This document shows positions 1-8,682 of a stretch of DNA of 34,053 nucleotides, piece by piece (position 1 is the stretch's first letter; every line of letters starts with the position of its first letter). Position numbers and translations under genes: made by a program. Source of the stretch: Candidatus Limnocylindria bacterium (GTDB lineage: Bacteria > Chloroflexota > Limnocylindria > QHBO01); NCBI GenBank assembly GCA_036261425.1, contig DATAKU010000084.1:1-34053 (forward strand). The letters run 5' to 3'. The notes under the pieces were generated by a model. That model saw nothing but the letters and a program-made list of their open reading frames with translations. It made no database searches and was not told where the DNA came from.

Positions 1-1
1 C

Positions 2-283
2 AGGGTTGCGGCGGGCGGCACGGTGATCGACCCCGAGGTGGTGGCTCGGTTGCTCGCGGATCGTGCCGACCGGTCAACGCTGGCGGACCTCACGCCACGC
101 GAACACGAGGTGCTGAGTCTCATGGCCGAGGGCCACTCGAACGGAGCCATCGGCCAGCGGCTGTTCATCGGTCAGAAGACGGTCGAGACGCACATCGGCA
201 CGATCTTCAGCAAGCTGGAGCTCTTTCCCGCGCCCGAGGTCGACCGTCGAGTGCGTGCTGTCCTGGCGTACCTCCGCGGCTGA
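2..283 (+). CDS. LuxR/NarL-family response regulator, C-terminal HTH domain (5' end outside window)
   Basis: Frame is open from base 2. TPREHEVLSLMAEGHSNGAIGQRLFIGQKTVETHIGTIFSKL is a textbook LuxR-type HTH. The preceding RVAAGGTVIDPEVV resembles a NarL-type receiver/HTH linker. TGA at 281-283. Confidence 0.8.
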   Translation, partial: RVAAGGTVIDPEVVARLLADRADRSTLADLTPREHEVLSLMAEGHSNGAIGQRLFIGQKTVETHIGTIFSKLELFPAPEVDRRVRAVLAYLRG

Positions 284-522
284 CTGGAGAGCCGCCCATC
301 GGTGGGCGAAGGTTCACCAGCCGCCCACCGGGTGCGCTTCCGTCACTCCGTGGAACAACCCGGAGCGTGAACCGCACCCACGGGCGCGGTCCGTGGCTCA
401 ACGATCTTCACTCCATTGACGAACTGCAGCCCGCGCGGCTCTCGCCGGTGCATGCGCGGCGATGAAGCGAAGGCGCCGGCGGCGGTGCGAGCCGCCGCCG
501 CGCGAACGCGGAGAGGGGCGGC

Positions 523-897
523 TCAGAACTTGTTGAGGTCCACCGTCCACTCGTCGCAGTCGCTGGTGACGGTGATGGTGTACTCCCCGGCCGGCAGGTT
601 GCTGATGAAGGTGGAGTACCCGCGCGGCTGCTGGTTGTAGACCTCGGTGCCGGTGGCGTCGGTGATGTTGATGATCACCTCGTCGCAGCTTGGCGCGCGA
701 TACGCGAGCCGGTACCGGCCCTCGGCCAGCGGGAAGACCGTGCCCTCCTCGTCCTCCGACGTCGCCTTGGCCGCGGTCGGGAACTCGTCTCCGCCCCCTC
801 CTCCGCCGCCGCCGCCGTTCGCCTGCCCACCGCATGCGGCGAGCCCCATCGCAACCACGAGCAAGCCGAAAAGCAGAATGCGCGACCGTCGAATCAC
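523..897 (-). CDS. Small secreted lipoprotein, function unknown
   Basis: N-terminus MIRRSRILLFGLLVVAMGLAAC has a basic n-region, a hydrophobic core and a lipobox (LAAC). A Gly9 linker follows, then a beta-rich ~85-aa body with two similar Cys motifs (SCDEV, DCDEW). Confidence 0.6.
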   Translation of the reverse strand: MIRRSRILLFGLLVVAMGLAACGGQANGGGGGGGGGDEFPTAAKATSEDEEGTVFPLAEGRYRLAYRAPSCDEVIINITDATGTEVYNQQPRGYSTFISNLPAGEYTITVTSDCDEWTVDLNKF

Positions 898-1105
898 CAG
901 AGCCTCCTACCCTCCACGCGTATGGGCGCCCGGTCGCAGGCGTCGGGTGAGCGTCCCGACCGACCGGGATGCCGCGTACCCTAGCGGTCCGCCCACGCGC
1001 GCGCAACGGTCTCGGTGCCTGCGCTAGAATCGTGCCCGGCCTCCTCCGGGGGCCCAGAGCGCTCACAACCTTCCAAGGGAGCCAACGACCCTGGACATTT
1101 CCAGC

Positions 1106-1600
1106 GTGCTCTTCTTCCTGCTCGCCGTCGGCGTGGTGGGAGGGGGCATAGCCGTCGTCACCCTGCGCAACATCATCCACTCGGCCGTGGCCATGATGGT
1201 CTGCTTCGGGTCCCTGGCCGGGTTGTACGCGCTTCTCGGCGCACCGATCGTGGCGGCCGCCCAGGTGCTGATCTACCTGGGCGCCATCAGCGTGCTCATC
1301 CTGTTCGCCATCATGCTGACCCAGGCCGGCGACGCCAACCTTCCGGCCCCCTTCCACCGCCAGGGACCGATCGCCCTCATCGTGGGCCTCACCATCTTCG
1401 GCCTGGTGACGTGGGCCGTGGTCCAGACGGACTGGGGACTGGCGGCCGAGGCGGCCGGCGCCGCCGTGGACGCCATCGCCACCGCGGTCTTCACCGAGTT
1501 CGCCCTGCCGTTCGAGATCATCAGCCTGCTCCTGCTGGTTGCGATCATCGGCGCCATCTACCTGGCGCGCCGGCCGGAAGAAGACGAGCGGGCGAACTGA
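1106..1600 (+). CDS. nuoJ: NADH-quinone oxidoreductase subunit J
   Basis: LFFLLAVGVVGGGIAVVTLRNIIHSAVAMMVCFGSLAGLYALLGAPIVAAAQVLIYLGAISVLILFAIML matches the conserved NuoJ N-terminal pattern. It sits immediately upstream of nuoK. Start is uncertain: GTG at 1106, or in-frame CTG at 1091, which lies 9 nt after AAGGGAG (1075-1081). Confidence 0.88.
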   Translation: MLFFLLAVGVVGGGIAVVTLRNIIHSAVAMMVCFGSLAGLYALLGAPIVAAAQVLIYLGAISVLILFAIMLTQAGDANLPAPFHRQGPIALIVGLTIFGLVTWAVVQTDWGLAAEAAGAAVDAIATAVFTEFALPFEIISLLLLVAIIGAIYLARRPEEDERAN

Positions 1601-1603
1601 CCG

Positions 1604-1909
1604 ATGGGCATCGAGGGCTACCTGATCGTCTCGGCGCTCCTGTTCGCCATCGGCACCTTCGGCTTCATGGCGCGGCGCAACGCCATCCTGATGCTGATCA
1701 GCATCGAGCTCATGTTCAACGCGGTGAACCTGAGCCTGGTCGCGTTCAACGCCTACCTGCCGCCGGACTCGAACGCGGGGGCCGTGTTCGCGCTCATGAT
1801 CATGGCCGTGGCCGCGGCCGAGGTGACCGTCGGCCTGGCCCTGGTCATCGCGATCATCCGCACCCGTCAGACCGCCCAGGTCGACCAGTACTCCGACCTC
1901 AAGGAGTAG
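1604..1909 (+). CDS. nuoK: NADH-quinone oxidoreductase subunit K
   Basis: 101 aa with 3 TM segments. RRNAILMLISIELMFNAVNLSLVAF and the later ALMIMAVAAAEVTVGLALV are typical of NuoK. Synteny is J-K-L. Confidence 0.93.
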   Translation: MGIEGYLIVSALLFAIGTFGFMARRNAILMLISIELMFNAVNLSLVAFNAYLPPDSNAGAVFALMIMAVAAAEVTVGLALVIAIIRTRQTAQVDQYSDLKE

Positions 1910-1919
1910 CGAGAGACCG

Positions 1920-4163
1920 ATGGAGCTGCTGATCGCCCTGATTCCCGCGCTGCCCCTCGCCGGCTTCCTGTTCGCCGTCCTGGTCGGCCCGCGGCTCGAC
2001 CGCGTCCCGGTCCACGGCCACGGCCACGGGGACGGCGACCATGGGACCGACGCGCACGACACGCACGACGCGCACGACGCGCACGACGCGCACGACGCGC
2101 ACGACATCGACGACTCCGGGTTCCGCTCCATCCCGACCGAGGAGGAGCAGCGCGCCACGAGCCCGCACGCCGGCCACGCCGACGACCTCGCCAACGCGGA
2201 GGGCGCGGCCGGGGTCATCCCGCCGGACCTGAACGACGGGATCGGGCAGGCGGGTCACGTGGTCCCCGGCGCCGAGAAGCCGCGCTATCGGTCCTGGATC
2301 GTCCCGACCGCCCTGGTGGGCATCACCTGGGTGCTGAGCATGATCGCCTTCGTCCAGGTGATCTTCGGCGGCCAGGAGCTCGACGTCACCGTCTACGAGT
2401 GGATCGTGTCGGGCGACTTCAGGATCGAGATCAGCTTCCTGGTCGACGCCCTGACGGCGATGCTCCTCCTGGTGGTGAGCACCGTCGGCTTCCTCGTCCA
2501 CGTGTACTCGATCGGCTACATGGACGGGGACCGCGGGTTCTGGCGCTTCTTCGCCTACCTGAACCTGTTCATGTTCAGCATGCTGCTGCTCATCCTGGGC
2601 GACAACTTCCTCATGCTCTACGTGGGCTGGGAGGCGGTCGGCCTGTGCAGCTACGCGCTCATCGGCTTCTGGTACAAGAAGCCCTCGGCGGCCGGCGCGG
2701 CGAAGAAGGCCTTCGTCGTCAACCGCATCGGCGACTTCGGGTTCGGCCTGGGGATCATGATGATCTGGGTCAACCTGGGCACGCTGTCGTTCCGCGAGGT
2801 CTTCGCCCAGATCGGCACGCTCGACGAGGGCACGATCACGATCATCGCCCTCCTCCTGTTCGCCGGTGCCGTCGGCAAGAGCGCCCAGTTCCCGCTCCAC
2901 GTCTGGCTGCCGGACGCCATGGAGGGCCCGACGCCGGTCAGCGCCCTCATCCACGCGGCGACCATGGTGAACGCCGGCGTCTACATGGTCGCCCGCGCCA
3001 ACCCGATCTTCGCCGAGGCACCGATCGCCATGTGGACGGTGGCGATCATCGGCACCTTCACCGCCATCCTGGCCGCGGCCATCGCGCTGACCCAGAACGA
3101 CATCAAGAAGGTGCTGGCCTACTCGACCGTGAGCCAGCTGGCGTACATGTTCCTGGCGCTCGGCATCGGCGCCTGGGTGGCGGCCATCTTCCACCTCGTG
3201 ACGCATGGCTTCTTCAAGGGCCTGCTGTTCATGGGCTCCGGCTCGGTGATCCACGGCGCCGGTGGCGAGCAGGACATGCGCCTCATGGGCAACCTGCGGG
3301 CGAAGATGCGAACGACCTATTGGACCATGGTGGTCGGCTCGCTGGCCCTGGCCGGCATCCCGATCTTCGCCGGCTTCTTCAGCAAGGACGAGATCCTGGC
3401 CGAGGCCTTCAACCGCGGCTATCTCGTCTTCTACCTGGTCGGGATCATCGTGGCCTTCATGACCGCCTTCTACACGTTCCGCATGATCTTCATGACCTTC
3501 TGGGGCGAGTGGCGCGGGCCGGCCGACGCGTGGCACCACGTCCACGAGAGCGCCATGAGCATGGTGGCGCCACTCGTCATCCTGGCCGTGCCGACCGCCC
3601 TGTTCGGCCTCCTGCTCGGCATCCCGCCGGAGGAGGGCGTGATCCACACCTGGCTGGAGGAGGTCTTCCACGGGGCGGAGGAGGCGCACGCCGGCGTCCT
3701 GCCCGGATCGATCCTGGACGGCTATCACGCCAGCGGGGAGGCGCACCACTTCGAGCTCTTCGGGCTGGGCGGCCTGCTGCTGCTGGTCGGCGCGGCCGTG
3801 GCGACGGCCGGCGTGTGGATGGCCTATCGATGGTACGTCCAGCGACCCGGCACGGCCGAGCGCTTCGTCGAGCGCATCCCGCTGGGCCTGGGTCCGGGGA
3901 TGTACCGCGCCAGCGTGAACAAGTACTACATCGACGAGATCTACCAGCTGGCCTTCGCGCGGGGCGGCGTGATCATCGCCAACGCCCTGTGGTGGTTCGA
4001 CGCCAAGGTCATCGACGGCGCGGTCAACGGCGCCGGCTGGCTGGCCTCCCGGATCGGCGGGATGACGCGCAAGCTCCAGACCGGCCGGGTCGAGAACTAC
4101 GGCCTCGGGATCGCCGCCGGGCTGGTCGTCGTGCTCCTGGTGTTCGCCACGGTGGCGCGCTAG
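1920..4163 (+). CDS. nuoL: NADH-quinone oxidoreductase subunit L with a ~93-aa His/Asp-rich insertion after TM1
   Basis: Conserved antiporter-like core: GYMDGDRGFWRFFAYLNLF, YVGWEAVGLCSYALIGFWY, GKSAQFPLHVWLPDAMEGPTPVSALIHAATMV. The C-terminal region fits the NuoL lateral helix and last TM. Residues ~31-123 are absent from canonical NuoL. Confidence 0.95.
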   Translation: MELLIALIPALPLAGFLFAVLVGPRLDRVPVHGHGHGDGDHGTDAHDTHDAHDAHDAHDAHDIDDSGFRSIPTEEEQRATSPHAGHADDLANAEGAAGVIPPDLNDGIGQAGHVVPGAEKPRYRSWIVPTALVGITWVLSMIAFVQVIFGGQELDVTVYEWIVSGDFRIEISFLVDALTAMLLLVVSTVGFLVHVYSIGYMDGDRGFWRFFAYLNLFMFSMLLLILGDNFLMLYVGWEAVGLCSYALIGFWYKKPSAAGAAKKAFVVNRIGDFGFGLGIMMIWVNLGTLSFREVFAQIGTLDEGTITIIALLLFAGAVGKSAQFPLHVWLPDAMEGPTPVSALIHAATMVNAGVYMVARANPIFAEAPIAMWTVAIIGTFTAILAAAIALTQNDIKKVLAYSTVSQLAYMFLALGIGAWVAAIFHLVTHGFFKGLLFMGSGSVIHGAGGEQDMRLMGNLRAKMRTTYWTMVVGSLALAGIPIFAGFFSKDEILAEAFNRGYLVFYLVGIIVAFMTAFYTFRMIFMTFWGEWRGPADAWHHVHESAMSMVAPLVILAVPTALFGLLLGIPPEEGVIHTWLEEVFHGAEEAHAGVLPGSILDGYHASGEAHHFELFGLGGLLLLVGAAVATAGVWMAYRWYVQRPGTAERFVERIPLGLGPGMYRASVNKYYIDEIYQLAFARGGVIIANALWWFDAKVIDGAVNGAGWLASRIGGMTRKLQTGRVENYGLGIAAGLVVVLLVFATVAR
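2052..2105 (+). repeat. Six tandem copies of 9-bp unit GCGCACGAC (one copy ACGCACGAC) inside nuoL
   Basis: Read directly: gcgcacgac acgcacgac gcgcacgac gcgcacgac gcgcacgac gcgcacgac. In frame it encodes AHD THD AHD AHD AHD AHD. Confidence 0.9.
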
Positions 4164-5684
4164 ATGAACGGCCTGCCGATCCTGTCGCTCATCGTCCTGG
4201 CCCCGCTCCTCGGGGTGCTGGCGCTGCTCTTCGTGCCGGGCGGGGCGCATCGGGCCATCCGCTGGATCGCGCTGCTGGCCGCCCTCGCCAGCTTCGGGTT
4301 CTCGCTGGCGCTGCTGGGCTACGACCCGGCCGGGAGCGAGTTCCAGTTCCGAGAGGACCTGGCGTGGATCGAGGCCTTCGGCATGCGCTACACGCTGGGC
4401 GTGGACGGCATCTCGGTGGTGCTCGTCCTGCTGACCACCATCCTGTCGGTGGTAGCCCTGTTCTACAGCTGGGACCCGATCCAGACGCGCGTGAAGGAGT
4501 ACTACATCAGCCTGCTGGTGCTCATGACCGGCATGCTCGGCGTCTTCGTCGCGCTGGACCTGTTCCTCTTCTACGTCTTCTGGGAGATCAGCCTGATCCC
4601 GATGTACATCATCATCGGGGTCTGGGGCGGCCCGCGGCGCATCTACGCCACGGTCAAGTTCGTCATCTACACCCTGGTCGGCTCGCTGCTGATGCTCGTC
4701 GCGATCCTGGCCCTGGCCATCGCGCACGCGTCGACCGGACAGCCCTTCACCTTCAGCTACGAGGCGCTGCGCGGCTTCGCCTACACCGATACGCTCCAGG
4801 TCCTGGCCTTCGTCGCCTTCTTCCTGGCGTTCGCCATCAAGGTGCCGATGTGGCCGTTCCACACCTGGCTGCCGGACGCCCACGTCGAGGCACCGACCGC
4901 CGGCTCGATCATCCTGGCCGGCGTGATGCTGAAGCTCGGCGGGTACGGATTCCTGCGCTTCAGCCTGCCGATGCTGCCCGATGCGTCGGCCAGCTTCGCC
5001 CCGATCATCATCGGCCTGGCCATCATCGCCATCATCTACGGCGCGCTGGTCTCGATGGTGCAGCCGGACCTCAAGAAGCTGATCGCCTACTCGAGCGTCA
5101 GCCACATGGGCTTCGTCATGCTCGGGGCGTTCGTGTTCAACGAACAGGGACTCCAGGGCGCCGTGTTCCAGATGGTGAGCCACGGCGTGACGACCGGCGC
5201 GCTCTTCCTCCTGGTCGGGGTGCTCTACGAGCAGACCCACGATCGGACCATCGCGCACATGGGCGGACTCAACGCGCGGCTGCCGCACTATGCGGCGATG
5301 TTCGGGCTGTTCACCTTCGCCAGCATCGGCCTGCCGGGCCTGTCGGGCTTCGTCGGCGAGTTCCTGGTGGTGCTGGGCGCGTTCCGCTATCACGGCCTGG
5401 TGGCGGCCGGGGCGATGTTCGTGGTCATCCTGAGCGCCGTCTACATGCTCTGGATGTTCCAGCGCGTCTTCTTCACCACGCCATCCGACTGGATGCGGCG
5501 CTTCTGGCCGTCGTTGCGCGACATGAGCCGCAACGAGTGGCTGGCCCTTGCCCCGTTGGTCGTTCTGGTCGTGGCGCTGGGCGTCTATCCCGGGCCGGTG
5601 CTGGAGATGATCGCCGCGCCGGTGGAGCGCATCGTCGAAGCGGTGAACGGAGCCGGCCTCACCGGCTTCGGGCCGGTCTGGTAG
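4164..5684 (+). CDS. nuoM: NADH-quinone oxidoreductase subunit M
   Basis: ATG directly follows the nuoL stop. Motifs FLFYVFWEISLIPMYIIIGVWGG, KVPMWPFHTWLPDAHVEAPTAGSIILAGVMLKLGGYG and KKLIAYSSVSHMGFV are characteristic of NuoM. Confidence 0.95.
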   Translation: MNGLPILSLIVLAPLLGVLALLFVPGGAHRAIRWIALLAALASFGFSLALLGYDPAGSEFQFREDLAWIEAFGMRYTLGVDGISVVLVLLTTILSVVALFYSWDPIQTRVKEYYISLLVLMTGMLGVFVALDLFLFYVFWEISLIPMYIIIGVWGGPRRIYATVKFVIYTLVGSLLMLVAILALAIAHASTGQPFTFSYEALRGFAYTDTLQVLAFVAFFLAFAIKVPMWPFHTWLPDAHVEAPTAGSIILAGVMLKLGGYGFLRFSLPMLPDASASFAPIIIGLAIIAIIYGALVSMVQPDLKKLIAYSSVSHMGFVMLGAFVFNEQGLQGAVFQMVSHGVTTGALFLLVGVLYEQTHDRTIAHMGGLNARLPHYAAMFGLFTFASIGLPGLSGFVGEFLVVLGAFRYHGLVAAGAMFVVILSAVYMLWMFQRVFFTTPSDWMRRFWPSLRDMSRNEWLALAPLVVLVVALGVYPGPVLEMIAAPVERIVEAVNGAGLTGFGPVW

Positions 5685-5694
5685 CGGAGGACCC

Positions 5695-7158
5695 ATGGAC
5701 CTCGCCAACGACCTGCCCACGATCCTGCCAGAGCTGATCCTCACCGGCCTGGTGCTGGTGCTCATCACCGCCGACCTGTTCCTGTCGCGCGCGAACAAGT
5801 GGCTGCTCACCCCGCTGACGGTGGCCGGACTGGTCCTGGCCGGCGCGGCCTGTGTCCCGGTCTGGGGCATCAACGAGACGGTCTTCGGCGGCTTCTACGT
5901 GGTCGATGACCTGTCCGTCTTCTTCAAGGCCACCACCATCGTCATCGGCATCCTGAGCGTCCTGTTCGCGCCGGCGTACCTGGCCACCCGCCGCATCCCG
6001 ATGGGCGAGTTCAGCGTGATCCTGGTCAGCGCGCTCATCGGCATGAGCGTGCTGGCCTCGAGCAGCGACCTGATCACCCTGTTCCTGGGCCTCGAGCTGA
6101 TGACGATGCCCTCGTACCTGCTGACCGGGCTCCACAAGACCGACCGCTACAGCAACGAGGGCGGCCTGAAGTACTTCCTGCTCGGCAGCTTCGCCAGCGC
6201 CCTGCTCCTGTTCGGCGTGGCCTGGGTCTATGGCCTGACCGGGTCCACGAACATCGGCGAGATCGCCGACGCCTTCGCATCAGGTGAGACGAACGCGGCC
6301 GCGCTGGTGGCCATCGCCTTCCTGCTGGTCGGGGGTACCTTCAAGATCGCGGCGGTCCCGTTCCACTACTGGACGCCGGACGCCTATCAGGGCGCGCCGA
6401 CGCCGATCACGGGATTCCTCTCCGCCGGGCCGAAGCTCGGTGCCTTCGCGCTCCTCATCCGGGTCTTCGTCGAGGCGCTCGGCCCGCTGCGCGCCGACTG
6501 GCTGGGGCTGTTCCTGGTCCTGACCGTGCTCACCATGACGATCGGCAACATCGTGGCGCTGACCCAGGTGAACGTGAAGCGAATGCTCGCCTACTCGAGC
6601 ATCGCCCACACCGGCTACATCATGACCGGGCTGGCCGCCTTCGCCAACGCGCCCGACGCCGAAGTGGCGGCCCAGGGCATCGAGTCGGTCCTGTTTTACA
6701 TCTTCGGCTACGCGCTCATGAACATCGCGGCCTTCGCCGTGGTCGCCAGGCTCCAGCGAGACACGAATCGGTATGGCGGGCTGAATTCGTTCGCCGGCCT
6801 GGCCGGACGGGCACCGGGCCGCGCCGCGGCCATGGCCATCCTCATGCTCAGCCTGACCGGCATCCCGCCCACCGTCGGCTTCTTCGCCAAGCTCTACGTC
6901 CTGCTCGCCGCGGTCGACGCGGGCCTGGCGTGGCTGGCGGTGATCATCGTGCTCAACGCCGCGCTGGCGGCCTTCTACTACCTGCGCGTCATCGTGTACA
7001 TGTACATGCGCGACCCCGAGCCACAGCCCGCCTCCCTCGACAGCTCGCCATTCGGCTCGGTCGCGCTCGTGCTGTCCGTGGCCGCCGTGGTCGTGCTGGG
7101 GATCTTCCCCGGCGCGATCCTCGGCCTGCTCGAGGTGTCGGCGGCGAGCATCTTCTAG
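5695..7158 (+). CDS. nuoN: NADH-quinone oxidoreductase subunit N
   Basis: GGAGGA lies 4 nt upstream of the ATG. Motifs LGLELMTMPSYLL, FKIAAVPFHYWTPDAYQGAPTPITGFLS and KRMLAYSSIAHTGYI match NuoN. It is the last gene of the J-K-L-M-N run. Confidence 0.95.
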   Translation: MDLANDLPTILPELILTGLVLVLITADLFLSRANKWLLTPLTVAGLVLAGAACVPVWGINETVFGGFYVVDDLSVFFKATTIVIGILSVLFAPAYLATRRIPMGEFSVILVSALIGMSVLASSSDLITLFLGLELMTMPSYLLTGLHKTDRYSNEGGLKYFLLGSFASALLLFGVAWVYGLTGSTNIGEIADAFASGETNAAALVAIAFLLVGGTFKIAAVPFHYWTPDAYQGAPTPITGFLSAGPKLGAFALLIRVFVEALGPLRADWLGLFLVLTVLTMTIGNIVALTQVNVKRMLAYSSIAHTGYIMTGLAAFANAPDAEVAAQGIESVLFYIFGYALMNIAAFAVVARLQRDTNRYGGLNSFAGLAGRAPGRAAAMAILMLSLTGIPPTVGFFAKLYVLLAAVDAGLAWLAVIIVLNAALAAFYYLRVIVYMYMRDPEPQPASLDSSPFGSVALVLSVAAVVVLGIFPGAILGLLEVSAASIF

Positions 7159-7162
7159 CCGC

Positions 7163-8665
7163 ATGTCACCGGACCTGGACTCCGCCCTCGGGACCGCCGC
7201 CGCGGCCCTGCTGGGGGATCGCCGCCTCATCATCGCCACCAACCGCGGGCCGGTGACCTTCACCACGGCCGCCGACGGGTCGCTGCGCCCGCGTCGCGGA
7301 TCCGGCGGCCTGGTCACCGCCCTGAGCCAGGTCAACCGGCACGTGCCGCTGACCTGGGTGGCCGCCGCGATGAGCGAGGGTGACCGTCGTGCGGCGGTCG
7401 ACCCCAAGCTCCTGCGGGACGTGGCCGGCGAGGACGACAACCTGCGCCTGCGGTTCGCGACCGTCGAGCGCTCCGTCTTCGAGCAGGCCTACAACGTCAT
7501 CGCCAACCCGCTCCTGTGGTTCCTGCAGCATCAGATGTGGAACCTGCCGGAGCGCCCGGTCATCGACGCCGGCACGATGCGCGCCTGGGAGCGCGGCTAC
7601 GTGGCGATGAACGACGCGTTCGCGCGCGCCGTCCTGACCCAGGCGCGCCAGGAGCGGCGGCCGCGGATCATGCTGCACGACTATCACCTCTACCTCGCCG
7701 CCGGACCGATCCGCCGCGCTCGTCCGGGCGCGATCCTCAGCCACTTCACCCACATCCCCTGGCCGCCGTCGTCGATCTGGCAGATCGTCGCCCCGCCGAT
7801 CCGCGAGGCGATCGCCACCGGGCTGCTGGCCAACGACGTCGTCGGCTTCCACACCGACCGCTATGCCCACAACTTCCTGCGCATGGTGGAGAGCTTCGTG
7901 CCCGACGCGAAGGTCGACTACGAGGCCAGTACCGTCCGCTGGCGTCGCCGCACGGTGCTGGTGCGGTCGTATCCCATCAGCATCGACGTGGAGGCCACGC
8001 GGCGGGTGGCGAACTCCCGCGCGGCGCGGCGGCGCGCCGAGCAGCTCATGGCCGCCACCCGGCAGCGGGTCATCGTGCGAGTCGACCGGCTGGAGCCCTC
8101 GAAGAACATCCTGCGCGGTTTCCTCGCGTTCGAGACGCTCCTCCAGCGCGCGCCGCGGCTCCGCGGCCGGATCAGCTTCCTCGCCTTCCTCGTTCCGTCG
8201 CGGACCGGCCTGCGGGAGTACAGCCACTACGGCCGCGAGGTCCAGAACGCGGTCGACCGCATCAACGCGCGCTACGGACGGGCCGACTGGAGACCGGTGC
8301 ACCTCTACTACGAGAACGACTACGCCCAGGCCCTCGCGGGCCTGTCGATCGCCGATGTCGTGCTCGTCAACCCGCTGATCGACGGCATGAACCTGGTGGC
8401 CAAGGAGGCCGCGGTGGTGAGCCAGCGGGACGCGGCGCTCGTCCTGTCGGAGACCGCCGGCGCGTTCGACCAGATGGCCGGCGGCGTGCTGCCGGTGGCG
8501 CCGGCCGACGTGCTGGGGACGGCCGACGCGCTGGCCACCGGGCTGGCCATGCCGCTCGAGGAGCGCCGCGAACGCCTGGCCCGCCTGCGGGAGGGCGTCG
8601 AGCGCGAGGACATCTCCTGGTGGCTGCGGCGCCAGTTCGAGGACCTCGCCGGGCTCACCGGCTGA
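7163..8665 (+). CDS. otsA: Trehalose-6-phosphate synthase (GT20)
   Basis: Collinear with E. coli OtsA: LIIATNRGPV, GGLVTAL, YNVIANPLLWFLQH, MLHDYHLYL, THIPWPP, VRVDRLEPSKNILRGF, NPLIDGMNLVAKE. Starts 4 nt after the nuoN stop. Confidence 0.85.
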   Translation: MSPDLDSALGTAAAALLGDRRLIIATNRGPVTFTTAADGSLRPRRGSGGLVTALSQVNRHVPLTWVAAAMSEGDRRAAVDPKLLRDVAGEDDNLRLRFATVERSVFEQAYNVIANPLLWFLQHQMWNLPERPVIDAGTMRAWERGYVAMNDAFARAVLTQARQERRPRIMLHDYHLYLAAGPIRRARPGAILSHFTHIPWPPSSIWQIVAPPIREAIATGLLANDVVGFHTDRYAHNFLRMVESFVPDAKVDYEASTVRWRRRTVLVRSYPISIDVEATRRVANSRAARRRAEQLMAATRQRVIVRVDRLEPSKNILRGFLAFETLLQRAPRLRGRISFLAFLVPSRTGLREYSHYGREVQNAVDRINARYGRADWRPVHLYYENDYAQALAGLSIADVVLVNPLIDGMNLVAKEAAVVSQRDAALVLSETAGAFDQMAGGVLPVAPADVLGTADALATGLAMPLEERRERLARLREGVEREDISWWLRRQFEDLAGLTG

Positions 8666-8682
8666 CGCGCCCGGATCCCCGA

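Noticed and set aside
1899-5873. 1324-aa ORF on the minus strand (also 398-2218 minus and 2399-5737 plus).
   Set aside because: They run antisense or out of frame across the clearly conserved nuoJ-M genes. The translations are Arg/Asp/Gly/His-rich and low-complexity with no recognisable domains. These are typical stop-codon-poor shadow ORFs of GC-rich DNA.
7516-8682. Upstream two-thirds of track ORF 7516-10032 (838 aa).
   Set aside because: It is out-of-frame read-through of otsA and is Arg/Pro/Ala-rich. The real MFS gene starts at ATG 8683, after the otsA stop.
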